The notes under the pieces are model-generated. The model did no database searches. It worked only from the letters and a program-made list of their open reading frames with translations, and had not been told where the DNA came from. A program made the position numbers and the translations under genes. Source: Parcubacteria group bacterium (lineage in GTDB: Bacteria; Patescibacteriota; Minisyncoccia; UBA6257; JACRHW01). From it: a DNA stretch of 64,000 bases. The DNA lies in NCBI GenBank assembly GCA_016217555.1, contig JACRHW010000017.1, forward strand, positions 5,093-69,092, written 5' to 3'. Positions 18,311-25,997 of the stretch are shown here, in pieces (the stretch's first letter is position 1; every line of letters begins with the position of its first letter).

Positions 18311-18369
18311 ATTTCTTTTTTTATGGTAGGACTAAAGAAGGAGCTTGAAAAGTGAAGAGGTGAACCGAC

Positions 18370-18975
18370 GTGGAGGATTGGGAAATGTTATTGGTGGAAT
18401 GGTTTGGGATACTTTTTGCAATTGTGTGGATTGCGTGGGTGGTACGTGAGTATCTCTATGTATATAAACTTGCTTTGGTTTTTTGGGTGCAGTATTATGC
18501 GGTTACTACGTTTGCAAGAAAACGATGTGTATATGACGAGTCTGTATTAGGAGCACGTGTTTTGATATATGTAGAGGATGGTGTCGTGCTTCGCGACCTT
18601 GAATTGTTGCCACAGTGCATTGAGGAGATATATGAAGATTTTAATTTATTTGTCGTTTTCTTTAAACTTGAGGAGTTCCTCTCTGATAAAGACCCACACG
18701 ACGTAACCGCTGTTTTTTATAAAGAAAACACGTATAATATCCTTGATCGATTGTGTCATATGAATACACGTGGATTTTATCTGCCAGCTTTAAGAAAAAT
18801 GTCGCTCAGGACAAATGCAATACTTTGTGATCTTGACGGTATGCTTGGAAAAACGGTGCGCCACGAGTTTTTTCACTACTTGGTACATGCATTTTTTGTG
18901 AAGGGTGCACTTACGTATGAACAAGAGGAGGGGTGTGCGCGTGTGTTTGAGGAGTGGCGGTCGATGGCAAAATAA
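18370..18975 (+). CDS. membrane-anchored hypothetical protein with C-terminal HExxH (paralog 2)
   Basis: N-terminal TM; TVRHEFFHY motif. Confidence 0.6.
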   Translation: MEDWEMLLVEWFGILFAIVWIAWVVREYLYVYKLALVFWVQYYAVTTFARKRCVYDESVLGARVLIYVEDGVVLRDLELLPQCIEEIYEDFNLFVVFFKLEEFLSDKDPHDVTAVFYKENTYNILDRLCHMNTRGFYLPALRKMSLRTNAILCDLDGMLGKTVRHEFFHYLVHAFFVKGALTYEQEEGCARVFEEWRSMAK

Positions 18976-19061
18976 TTTTCATTATAATGACCCCATGTAG
19001 ATGGGGCTTTGTTTTTTCTTTGGTTTTATGACATAGTTACAATAATATCTTGAATTAAGAA

Positions 19062-19203
19062 GTGTGTATTTCGAACCATTCCGCAGACGCGAAGCTGGGT
19101 GTTGTCAACCCCGAGTGGAAACGAGTTGGGTTGACAACGGAGCGTCTGCGGGTGGAGTGAGTCGCCGCGGGAGTGACGAACGCGTGAGAAACACACATTT
19201 CGT
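19062..19203. repeat. structured ~140-nt repeat, family F copy 1 (opposite orientation to copies 2 and 3)
   Basis: ccgcagacgc...gttgtcaacccc...gggttgacaac...gcgtctgcgg nested hairpin bracketed by gtgtgt/acacac. Confidence 0.85.
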
Positions 19204-19296
19204 AATTCAAGGAATAATATGTCTTCGAGTATTTTTTTATTTATCGTATTCATCTCCCTATTTTATATAGGTGTTCTTTCAATTTTTATCTAAGAT

Positions 19297-21804
19297 ATGC
19301 AGAAATATAACCATGAAAAAATAGAGAAGAAGTGGCAGAAGGAGTGGGCGAATGATAATTTTGCTGCCTGGCGTGTAGAGGAGGGGGGTAAGAAAAAAAA
19401 GAAGTATGTTCTTGATATGTTTCCGTATCCTTCGGGGGATGGGTTGCATGTAGGACATATTGAGGGATATACCGCTTCCGACATTGTGAGTCGTTTTTCT
19501 CGGATGAGAGGATACAATGTACTTCACCCTATGGGATGGGATGCTTTTGGGTTGCCTACTGAAAATTATGCTATCAAACACAAGGTGCACCCTGCGAAGG
19601 TAACTGAAAAAAATGTTAATAATTTTCGCGCTCAGTTACAGCGTATGGGGTTTAGCTATGATTGGTCGCGTGAGGTAAATACTACAGACCCCGAATATTA
19701 TAAATGGACACAATGGATTTTTTTAGAACTTTTTAAACGCGGGCTTGCTTATGAGGCGGAGGTACCAGTCAACTGGTGTCCCAGCTGCAAAACAGTGCTT
19801 GCAAATGAGGAGGTGATTGATGGAACGTGTGATAGGTGCCACTCCGAAGTTATTCATAAAAATTTAAAACAATGGATTCTTAAAATTACTGCTTATGCAG
19901 ATAGGCTTCTTTCTGACCTTGATGATCTCGATTGGCCAGAACGTATTAAGGAGATGCAGAGGAATTGGATTGGAAAATCTTATGGGGCGCTTATAAAATT
20001 TCCTCTAGCGAATTTCAAATTTCCGCTTTCAGTTTTTACGACCAGACCCGATACGTTATTTGGTGTAACCTATGTGGTTCTTGCTCCAGAACACATACTC
20101 ATACAAGAGTTAAAAGATTATATTACGAATTGGGATGAGATCGTGGAATACGTAGGTGTAGCACGAAATAGGAGCGAACGTGAGCGGCAAGAGAAGAAGG
20201 AAAAAACAGGAATTGAACTTAGGGGTATAAGTGTTATCAATCCTGCAAATCAAAAAGAAGTTCCCGTGTGGATTGCTGACTATGTACTTATGGGGTATGG
20301 CACAGGGGCGGTAATGGCAGTACCCGCGCACGATGAGCGTGATTTTGCTTTTGCTAAGAAATATAGACTTCCTATAACAACGGTTATCCAGCCACTTTCT
20401 TATGAATGGGATGTTACGGTAGCGGCATACACCGACGAGGGGAGAATGGTTAATTCGGGAGAGTTTGACGGATTAGGTTCGGAAGAGGCGAAAAGGGCAA
20501 TTGTTGTAAAACTTCGGGAGCAAGGTTTCGCAGAAAATACGGTAAAATATAAACTTCGTGATTGGGTGTTCTCGAGACAAAGATATTGGGGAGAACCCAT
20601 TCCGCTTGTATTTTGTGAGGCGTGTGCGGAAAGAGTGAGAAAACAGAAAACAGAAAACAGAAAACAGAATGTGAACTTGGGAGAGATATTAAACCCCGGA
20701 TGGATGGCGGTGTCGGAGGGAGATTTGCCGGTTACCTTACCAAACGTAAAAAATTATGAGCCGACGGGAAACGCGGAGTCACCACTTGCTGGGATAACAA
20801 CATGGGTGAAAACGACATGTCCAAGGTGTGGAGGGGTTGCGCGACGGGAGACAAACACAATGCCACAGTGGGCGGGATCAAGCTGGTACTACCTCGCTTA
20901 CGTTATGCGAGGGAATTCAAAATTCAAAATTCAAAATTCAAAATTGTTTCAGTACTGGTTGCCTGTCGATATGTATATCGGGGGAGCAGAACATGCGGTG
21001 TTGCACCTTCTCTATGCGCGTTTTTGGCACAAGGTGTTGTATGATGCAAAAATCGTTTCTACCAAGGAGCCTTTTTATGCATTACGAAATCAGGGTCTTA
21101 TTCTTGGTCCCGATGGGGTAAAAATGTCTAAATCACGTGGAAATGTGATTAACCCCGATGCGGTGGTAAGGGAGTATGGTGCTGATACTCTTCGTATGTT
21201 CGAGATGTTCATGGGCCCACTTGAGGATTCAAAACCATGGGATATACGTAGTATTGTTGGCGTGCGAAGATTCTTAGAGAGGGTTTGGGGGTTACAAATA
21301 AAAATTAAAGATCAAAAATTAAAGATCAAAAATGACGGTGAAGACATAAGGAGACTTATGCATCGGACAATAAAGAAGGTGACGAAAGATATCGAGGAGA
21401 TGCGTTTTAATACTGCAATTTCTGCGCTTATGGTATATGTAAACGCGCTTGGAGGACAGGAGGATATTTCAAGGGAATCTTACACAACACTTCTTGTTTT
21501 GCTTGCGCCATTTGCCCCACATATCACTGAAGAATTGTGGCAATTGATGGAAAACAAAAATTCAATTCACTTTGAAAAATGGCCTATCTATGATCCGAAA
21601 CGTATCATAGAGGAGTATGGTATTCTTGTGGTACAGGTAAATGGGAAAACAAGAGATTCCATTGAGGTGGCAAAAGGTGTTTCTGAGGAAAATGCTTTGG
21701 AAATTGCCACCAAAAGGGATCGTATTGCTTTTTGCCTTAAGGGGAAAGAAATTATACGTGTGGTGTATGTGCAGAACAAACTTATCAATATTGTAGTAAA
21801 ATAA
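19297..21804 (+). CDS. leuS: leucyl-tRNA synthetase
   Basis: HVGH (HIGH) and KMSKS motifs, CP1 editing domain, full-length similarity. Confidence 0.98.
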   Translation: MQKYNHEKIEKKWQKEWANDNFAAWRVEEGGKKKKKYVLDMFPYPSGDGLHVGHIEGYTASDIVSRFSRMRGYNVLHPMGWDAFGLPTENYAIKHKVHPAKVTEKNVNNFRAQLQRMGFSYDWSREVNTTDPEYYKWTQWIFLELFKRGLAYEAEVPVNWCPSCKTVLANEEVIDGTCDRCHSEVIHKNLKQWILKITAYADRLLSDLDDLDWPERIKEMQRNWIGKSYGALIKFPLANFKFPLSVFTTRPDTLFGVTYVVLAPEHILIQELKDYITNWDEIVEYVGVARNRSERERQEKKEKTGIELRGISVINPANQKEVPVWIADYVLMGYGTGAVMAVPAHDERDFAFAKKYRLPITTVIQPLSYEWDVTVAAYTDEGRMVNSGEFDGLGSEEAKRAIVVKLREQGFAENTVKYKLRDWVFSRQRYWGEPIPLVFCEACAERVRKQKTENRKQNVNLGEILNPGWMAVSEGDLPVTLPNVKNYEPTGNAESPLAGITTWVKTTCPRCGGVARRETNTMPQWAGSSWYYLAYVMRGNSKFKIQNSKLFQYWLPVDMYIGGAEHAVLHLLYARFWHKVLYDAKIVSTKEPFYALRNQGLILGPDGVKMSKSRGNVINPDAVVREYGADTLRMFEMFMGPLEDSKPWDIRSIVGVRRFLERVWGLQIKIKDQKLKIKNDGEDIRRLMHRTIKKVTKDIEEMRFNTAISALMVYVNALGGQEDISRESYTTLLVLLAPFAPHITEELWQLMENKNSIHFEKWPIYDPKRIIEEYGILVVQVNGKTRDSIEVAKGVSEENALEIATKRDRIAFCLKGKEIIRVVYVQNKLINIVVK

Positions 21805-21811
21805 TCGTAGT

Positions 21812-22339
21812 ATGTCTTTTGATGCTCGGGTTGTTGTGATGTTAAACAAGATGATTGTTTATTCACCGTGGTTTAGTTTTCTGTGGGTGTTTATAACCAG
21901 TTATTTTGGATATCTCCTCATCGTAGGTACGGTGGTATATTGGATTCTGCAGAAAAAGAGTGATCAGGAAGCCTATCGAAATCTTCTTTTTATTTTTTGT
22001 GTTATGGTACTTTCAACTCTTGTGTTTACTGAAGGGATTCGCTATTTTTGGTATCGTCCGAGACCCTTCCTTGCATTATCTGGTATCCATGTTCCCTATG
22101 TTCAGGCGGGATCATCATCCTTTCCCTCGGGACACACCGCGACATATTTTGCTCTCGCTTTCGCAATGTACTACTTCAACAAAAAGATAGGGGTTTGGTA
22201 TCTTGTTGGTGCGGGACTCATTGCGCTTTCGCGTATCATTCTCGGTGTTCATTATCCGAGCGATATTGTTGGGGGAATCGCTATTGCTTGGGTTTCACTG
22301 GTGATTATTAAGCATTTATTTACATATCGTTTTGAATAG
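21812..22339 (+). CDS. PAP2-family phosphatase (undecaprenyl-diphosphatase-like)
   Basis: RPRP ... PSGH ... SRIILGVHYPSD motifs. Confidence 0.85.
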   Translation: MSFDARVVVMLNKMIVYSPWFSFLWVFITSYFGYLLIVGTVVYWILQKKSDQEAYRNLLFIFCVMVLSTLVFTEGIRYFWYRPRPFLALSGIHVPYVQAGSSSFPSGHTATYFALAFAMYYFNKKIGVWYLVGAGLIALSRIILGVHYPSDIVGGIAIAWVSLVIIKHLFTYRFE

Positions 22340-22352
22340 ATAAAACAAAGTC

Positions 22353-22432
22353 TTTGTATCTAGTATCTTGTATCTGGTATGTGTTCATAGGGGCAGATAA
22401 ATACTAAATACAAGATACTATATACTAACTAC
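22353..22432. repeat. 'gtatct-word' palindromic element, copy C1
   Basis: tttgtatctagtatcttgtatctggtat ... atactaaatacaagatactatatac. Confidence 0.75.
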
Positions 22433-22441
22433 TAAGTAATT

Positions 22442-23152
22442 ATGATTACTTTTCATATTATTACTATCTTTCCTGAAGCACTTGAGGGATATTGTAATGC
22501 ATCTATATTGAAGCGTGCGCAGGTGAAAAAGCGTATCAAAATCATTCTTCATAACCTTCGTGATTTTTCGAAGGACAATCACAAATCTGTTGATGATCGT
22601 CCCTTCGGTGGAGGGCCCGGTATGGTACTCATGGTAGATCTTCTCGTGGGGGCGCTGAAGCATATCCTCAAAAAAGATTTCAAGTTAGATGCAGGAGGAA
22701 AACTTGTGGTGGATTCAACAAAATATCGTATTGTACTTTTCGACACCCGCGGAGAACCATTTACCCAAGAAATTGCCCGTTCATTTTTGCCCAACCCTAT
22801 AAGCCATAAGCTAAAAGCTAAAAGCTCTCACATTATTCTTATCTGCGGTCATTACGAAGGGGTCGATGAACGTATCAAGGAATTTTGTACAACGGATGTT
22901 ATTTCTATTGGTAATTATGTTCTTTCGGGAGGAGAGGTGCCTGCCATGGTGGTAGTAGATGCTGTTACACGCCTTATCCCTGGTGTTTTAGGAAATGAAG
23001 AATCTATTGAAGAGACAAGGGTAGTTAAGGGATATGCAGTATACACCCGCCCGCGCGACTATTCTCCCAAAAGGAACATTGTATGGAAGGTACCAGACCC
23101 TCTTTTTTCGGGAGACCCTAAAAAGATAGATGAGTGGAGAAGAGAGCATTGA
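22442..23152 (+). CDS. trmD: tRNA (guanine37-N1)-methyltransferase
   Basis: full-length TrmD similarity (DDRPFGGGPGMV, SIGNYVLSGGE). Confidence 0.95.
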   Translation: MITFHIITIFPEALEGYCNASILKRAQVKKRIKIILHNLRDFSKDNHKSVDDRPFGGGPGMVLMVDLLVGALKHILKKDFKLDAGGKLVVDSTKYRIVLFDTRGEPFTQEIARSFLPNPISHKLKAKSSHIILICGHYEGVDERIKEFCTTDVISIGNYVLSGGEVPAMVVVDAVTRLIPGVLGNEESIEETRVVKGYAVYTRPRDYSPKRNIVWKVPDPLFSGDPKKIDEWRREH

Positions 23153-23292
23153 TTTTGACTTATTTCCTGTTTTGGGATACGCTAGTAGTACTTAGTTCTT
23201 TGGAATTAGGGTAAAGGTCATAACTAGTTCCCAATGTAAAAAAAGAGAACCGTAGTTTCGTTTCGTTTTTTGAATATTGTGAGAACACAATA

Positions 23293-23481
23293 ATGTACTC
23301 CGATAATAATGGTGGTGGTCAATTCGGTGGTCCACGTCAGATGTATGACATCAAGTGCGCGGATTGCGGAAAGGACGCTCAAGTTCCTTTCGAGCCACGA
23401 GGAGATCGACCTGTGTACTGCAGAGATTGCTTTTCAAAGCATGCTCCTGCACGTCCTCCACGTCGTGATTTCCGAAGATAA
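23293..23481 (+). CDS. CxxC-x17-CxxC zinc-ribbon protein
   Basis: CADC-(17 aa incl. VPFEP..RPVY)-CRDC, basic tail; strong terminator follows. Confidence 0.75.
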   Translation: MYSDNNGGGQFGGPRQMYDIKCADCGKDAQVPFEPRGDRPVYCRDCFSKHAPARPPRRDFRR

Positions 23482-23482
23482 T

Positions 23483-23512
23483 ATAAAATCCCCCGAAAGG
23501 GGGATTTTATAT
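23483..23512 (+). terminator. rho-independent terminator
   Basis: aaaatccccc-gaaa-gggggatttt. Confidence 0.85.
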
Positions 23513-23543
23513 TGTAAACCATAGTATGCCCTCCAAGTGATAT

Positions 23544-23680
23544 AGCGCTGTTCGGTAACCTCATACGTATTAGTGCCTGAGCTTGTCGAAGGCCCACCTT
23601 TCTCTAAGGAAACCCTTCGACTTCCTTCGACAAGCTCAAGACAAGTCGCTCGGGGAATACCATGTTTCCGAACAGCGTCG
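23544..23680. mobile_element. MITE-like element, family H copy 1 (outer TIR agcgctgttcggtaacctc; PELVEG-type palindrome inside)
   Basis: outer inverted repeats 23544-23562 / 23664-23680; inner gcctgagcttgtcgaaggc...cccttcgacttcc. Confidence 0.7.
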
Positions 23681-23797
23681 CTAGATGTTATTGACAGATT
23701 TATTGTGCGTGGTATATAAAAATACAAGTTCGTTGTATACAGAGTTTCTGCTTTGGTGCGGCGGATAGAGGTAAGAAAGAGAAGGAGAGTAAAGAAC

Positions 23798-24304
23798 ATG
23801 GGAGTTCTTTTTGATTCGTTGGAGAAGAGTGCTGTAGAAACAGTGAGAGATCGAACGATTGCTTTTGGAGAGTCCTTTGAAAATCAGAGAAGAAATTTTG
23901 GAAAGGGCTATCAGGCCCAGAATGATCTTATTTTGACATCAAAGGTTGGAGTAGGGGCGTTGAAGTCGGGAGATGCTGTTGAAGTTGAAAGATGTAAGCA
24001 AAGGATGTTTCGACTCTGGGACGATATTGATAATATCATTGTTCCTCTTGATACGTGGTGGCAGTTCTCAGGAAATGCTGGACAGGAGTTTGTTGAATTT
24101 CTTGGTGTTGCAGCCCTTTGGCCTTATGTGAGCGGAGTAGCACAAGAGGTAGATCTGATTCCTTCAGTCGATGAATTGCACATGTGTCCTCAGACGTGGC
24201 TTCGTGGTCTTGGTGATGTGCCTGGAGAGCTTGGAAAAATGGTGTTGGATAGGCTTCTTGAGATGGATTTTTCAAAAATAGAATGGGGAGGGGGTGGGGT
24301 GTGA
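23798..24304 (+). CDS. translin-family-like protein
   Basis: AGQEFVEFLG and WLRGLGDVPGELGKMVLDRL resemble translin motifs (YxxGLxDxxGEL); ATG 23798 has a GGAG upstream. Confidence 0.45.
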   Translation: MGVLFDSLEKSAVETVRDRTIAFGESFENQRRNFGKGYQAQNDLILTSKVGVGALKSGDAVEVERCKQRMFRLWDDIDNIIVPLDTWWQFSGNAGQEFVEFLGVAALWPYVSGVAQEVDLIPSVDELHMCPQTWLRGLGDVPGELGKMVLDRLLEMDFSKIEWGGGGV

Positions 24305-24453
24305 GGAGGAGATTGTGCATCATATTCGGGATTCTTGGCATTATTTGTTTCCTAGTCAGTGTGGTTTTTGAATACCTGGGGGTTACCAACCATCATATGG
24401 TTTCTGTTCTTGCTGTTTTTTTTCTGGCTTCAGCCATGGGTATGATGGAGTAG
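24301..24453 (+). CDS. possible 50-aa two-TM micro-protein
   Basis: GTG overlapping previous stop; hydrophobic LCIIFGILGIICFLVSVVF...; below ORF-track cutoff. Confidence 0.25.
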   Translation: MRRRLCIIFGILGIICFLVSVVFEYLGVTNHHMVSVLAVFFLASAMGMME

Positions 24454-24580
24454 TGTGTAAAACGCACATTTTTAACTCGCCTCTAAAATATTTGTCGCAT
24501 GGTATCTCTGTGCGACTTTTTATTTTTTCGGGATTGTAATTTTTTGAAATATTGCATAAAATTGGTAAATACGACAAAAT

Positions 24581-24653
24581 GCGCCCATAGCTCAGCTGGT
24601 AGAGCAGCTCCCTTTTAAGGAGATGGTCGTAGGTTCGAATCCTACTGGGCGCA
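24581..24653 (+). tRNA. tRNA-Lys(UUU)
   Basis: GCGCCCA acceptor / TGGGCGC, D arm GCTC-AGCTGGTA-GAGC, anticodon loop CTTTTAA, T arm GTAGG-TTCGAAT-CCTAC. Confidence 0.95.
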
Positions 24654-24655
24654 CT

Positions 24656-25990
24656 ATGAACAAAAAAAATATTTCTTTATTTATTGTTATTTTATCAATT
24701 GCTGCACTTGCGGCATTTTATGATTATCCTATGGGGTGGGATAGGGGGGCGGATTATCTTACGGGTAAAATTCACCAAGCTCCTTTTGCGTGGGCGCAGA
24801 AGGTTGCTATTCCACATTTTTTGAACAAGCCCTATGTGTTGGGGTTGGATGTCGCAGGGGGTGCACACCTTGTGTATAAGGCGGATGTGTCGAAAGTTCC
24901 TTCTGGAGACCAGGCGTCTACTATGAGTGGGCTTCAAAACGTAATTGAGCGGAGGGTAAACATCTTTGGAGTAAGCGAGCCACGGGTGGAGACGCAAAAG
25001 GTGGGGGATTCGTGGCGTCTTGTGGTGGAGCTTGCGGGGGTTAAAGACGTGGGTGCTGCAATTGCGGCAATCGGAAGTACCCCCTATCTTGAGTTTCGCG
25101 AGGAGGGGGTGGAGCCGAGCACGGTGAGTGCCTCTGGCACTGTTGAAATAAATGGTACACAGGGTTTTAAGGCAACCAATCTTACGGGTAAATACCTTTC
25201 ACGTGCATCACTTGATTTTGATAAGACGACGTTTCAGCCAACAGTGCAGTTGCAGTTTAATAATGAGGGTGCAAAACTTTTCGAGGATATTACCGCACGC
25301 AATGTAAAGAAGCGGGTTGCAATAGCTATTGATGGGGTTATTATTTCAGCTCCTGTGGTGAATGAGAAGATTGTGGGTGGGCAGGCGGTGATTTCAGGAA
25401 ATTTTAGCCTTGATGAGGCAAAAAAGCTTGTTGCTAATCTGAACGCTGGTGCACTGCCTGTTCCCATCGATCTCATTTCCCAGCAGACTGTTGGTGCAAG
25501 TTTGGGGGAGAGTGCCCTACGGCATAGTGTGAAGGCGGGGTTTATTGGGCTCATTGTAGTCTTTCTTTTTATGGTTTTGTATTATCGTTCGCTTGGGTTT
25601 TTTGCTTCGCTTGCGTTACTTATCTATACCGCGCTTGTTCTTGCAATATTTAAGACAATTCCTGTTACCATTACTCTTGCGGGTGTCGCTGGTTTTGTAC
25701 TCTCTATCGGTATGGCGGTTGATGCGAACATTCTTATTTTTGAACGTGTTAAGGAGGAGAGAAAAAGAGGGAAGGGTGGCAAACAGGCTATTGAGGAGGG
25801 GTTCTTGCGAGCGTGGACATCTATTCGCGACTCGAATGTTTCAACTATTATTACGAGTCTTGTGTTATATACGTTTACCACGTCCATTGTGCAGGGATTT
25901 GCCCTCACCCTTCTCATCGGGGTACTTATAAGTATGTTTACAGCAATTACCGTAACAAGGACGATGTTGCGAATATTTTTAAAAGCATAA
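24656..25990 (+). CDS. secD: protein translocase subunit SecD
   Basis: N-terminal TM, periplasmic domain, C-terminal 5-TM RND-like bundle; ATG 2 nt after the tRNA-Lys 3' end. Confidence 0.92.
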   Translation: MNKKNISLFIVILSIAALAAFYDYPMGWDRGADYLTGKIHQAPFAWAQKVAIPHFLNKPYVLGLDVAGGAHLVYKADVSKVPSGDQASTMSGLQNVIERRVNIFGVSEPRVETQKVGDSWRLVVELAGVKDVGAAIAAIGSTPYLEFREEGVEPSTVSASGTVEINGTQGFKATNLTGKYLSRASLDFDKTTFQPTVQLQFNNEGAKLFEDITARNVKKRVAIAIDGVIISAPVVNEKIVGGQAVISGNFSLDEAKKLVANLNAGALPVPIDLISQQTVGASLGESALRHSVKAGFIGLIVVFLFMVLYYRSLGFFASLALLIYTALVLAIFKTIPVTITLAGVAGFVLSIGMAVDANILIFERVKEERKRGKGGKQAIEEGFLRAWTSIRDSNVSTIITSLVLYTFTTSIVQGFALTLLIGVLISMFTAITVTRTMLRIFLKA

Positions 25991-25997
25991 TACTTCT

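Noticed and set aside
19056-19296. Structured element directly upstream of leuS considered as a T-box or other aaRS leader
   Set aside because: The same element recurs after efp and after guaB and in the opposite orientation. No T-box-like conserved sequence or specifier/antiterminator arrangement is visible. It is treated as repeat family F instead.
20640-20943. Tandem 7-nt repeats considered as a CRISPR-like array or programmed frameshift site
   Set aside because: The units are only 7 nt with no spacers. They lie inside an intact leuS reading frame and encode Lys-rich loop peptides.
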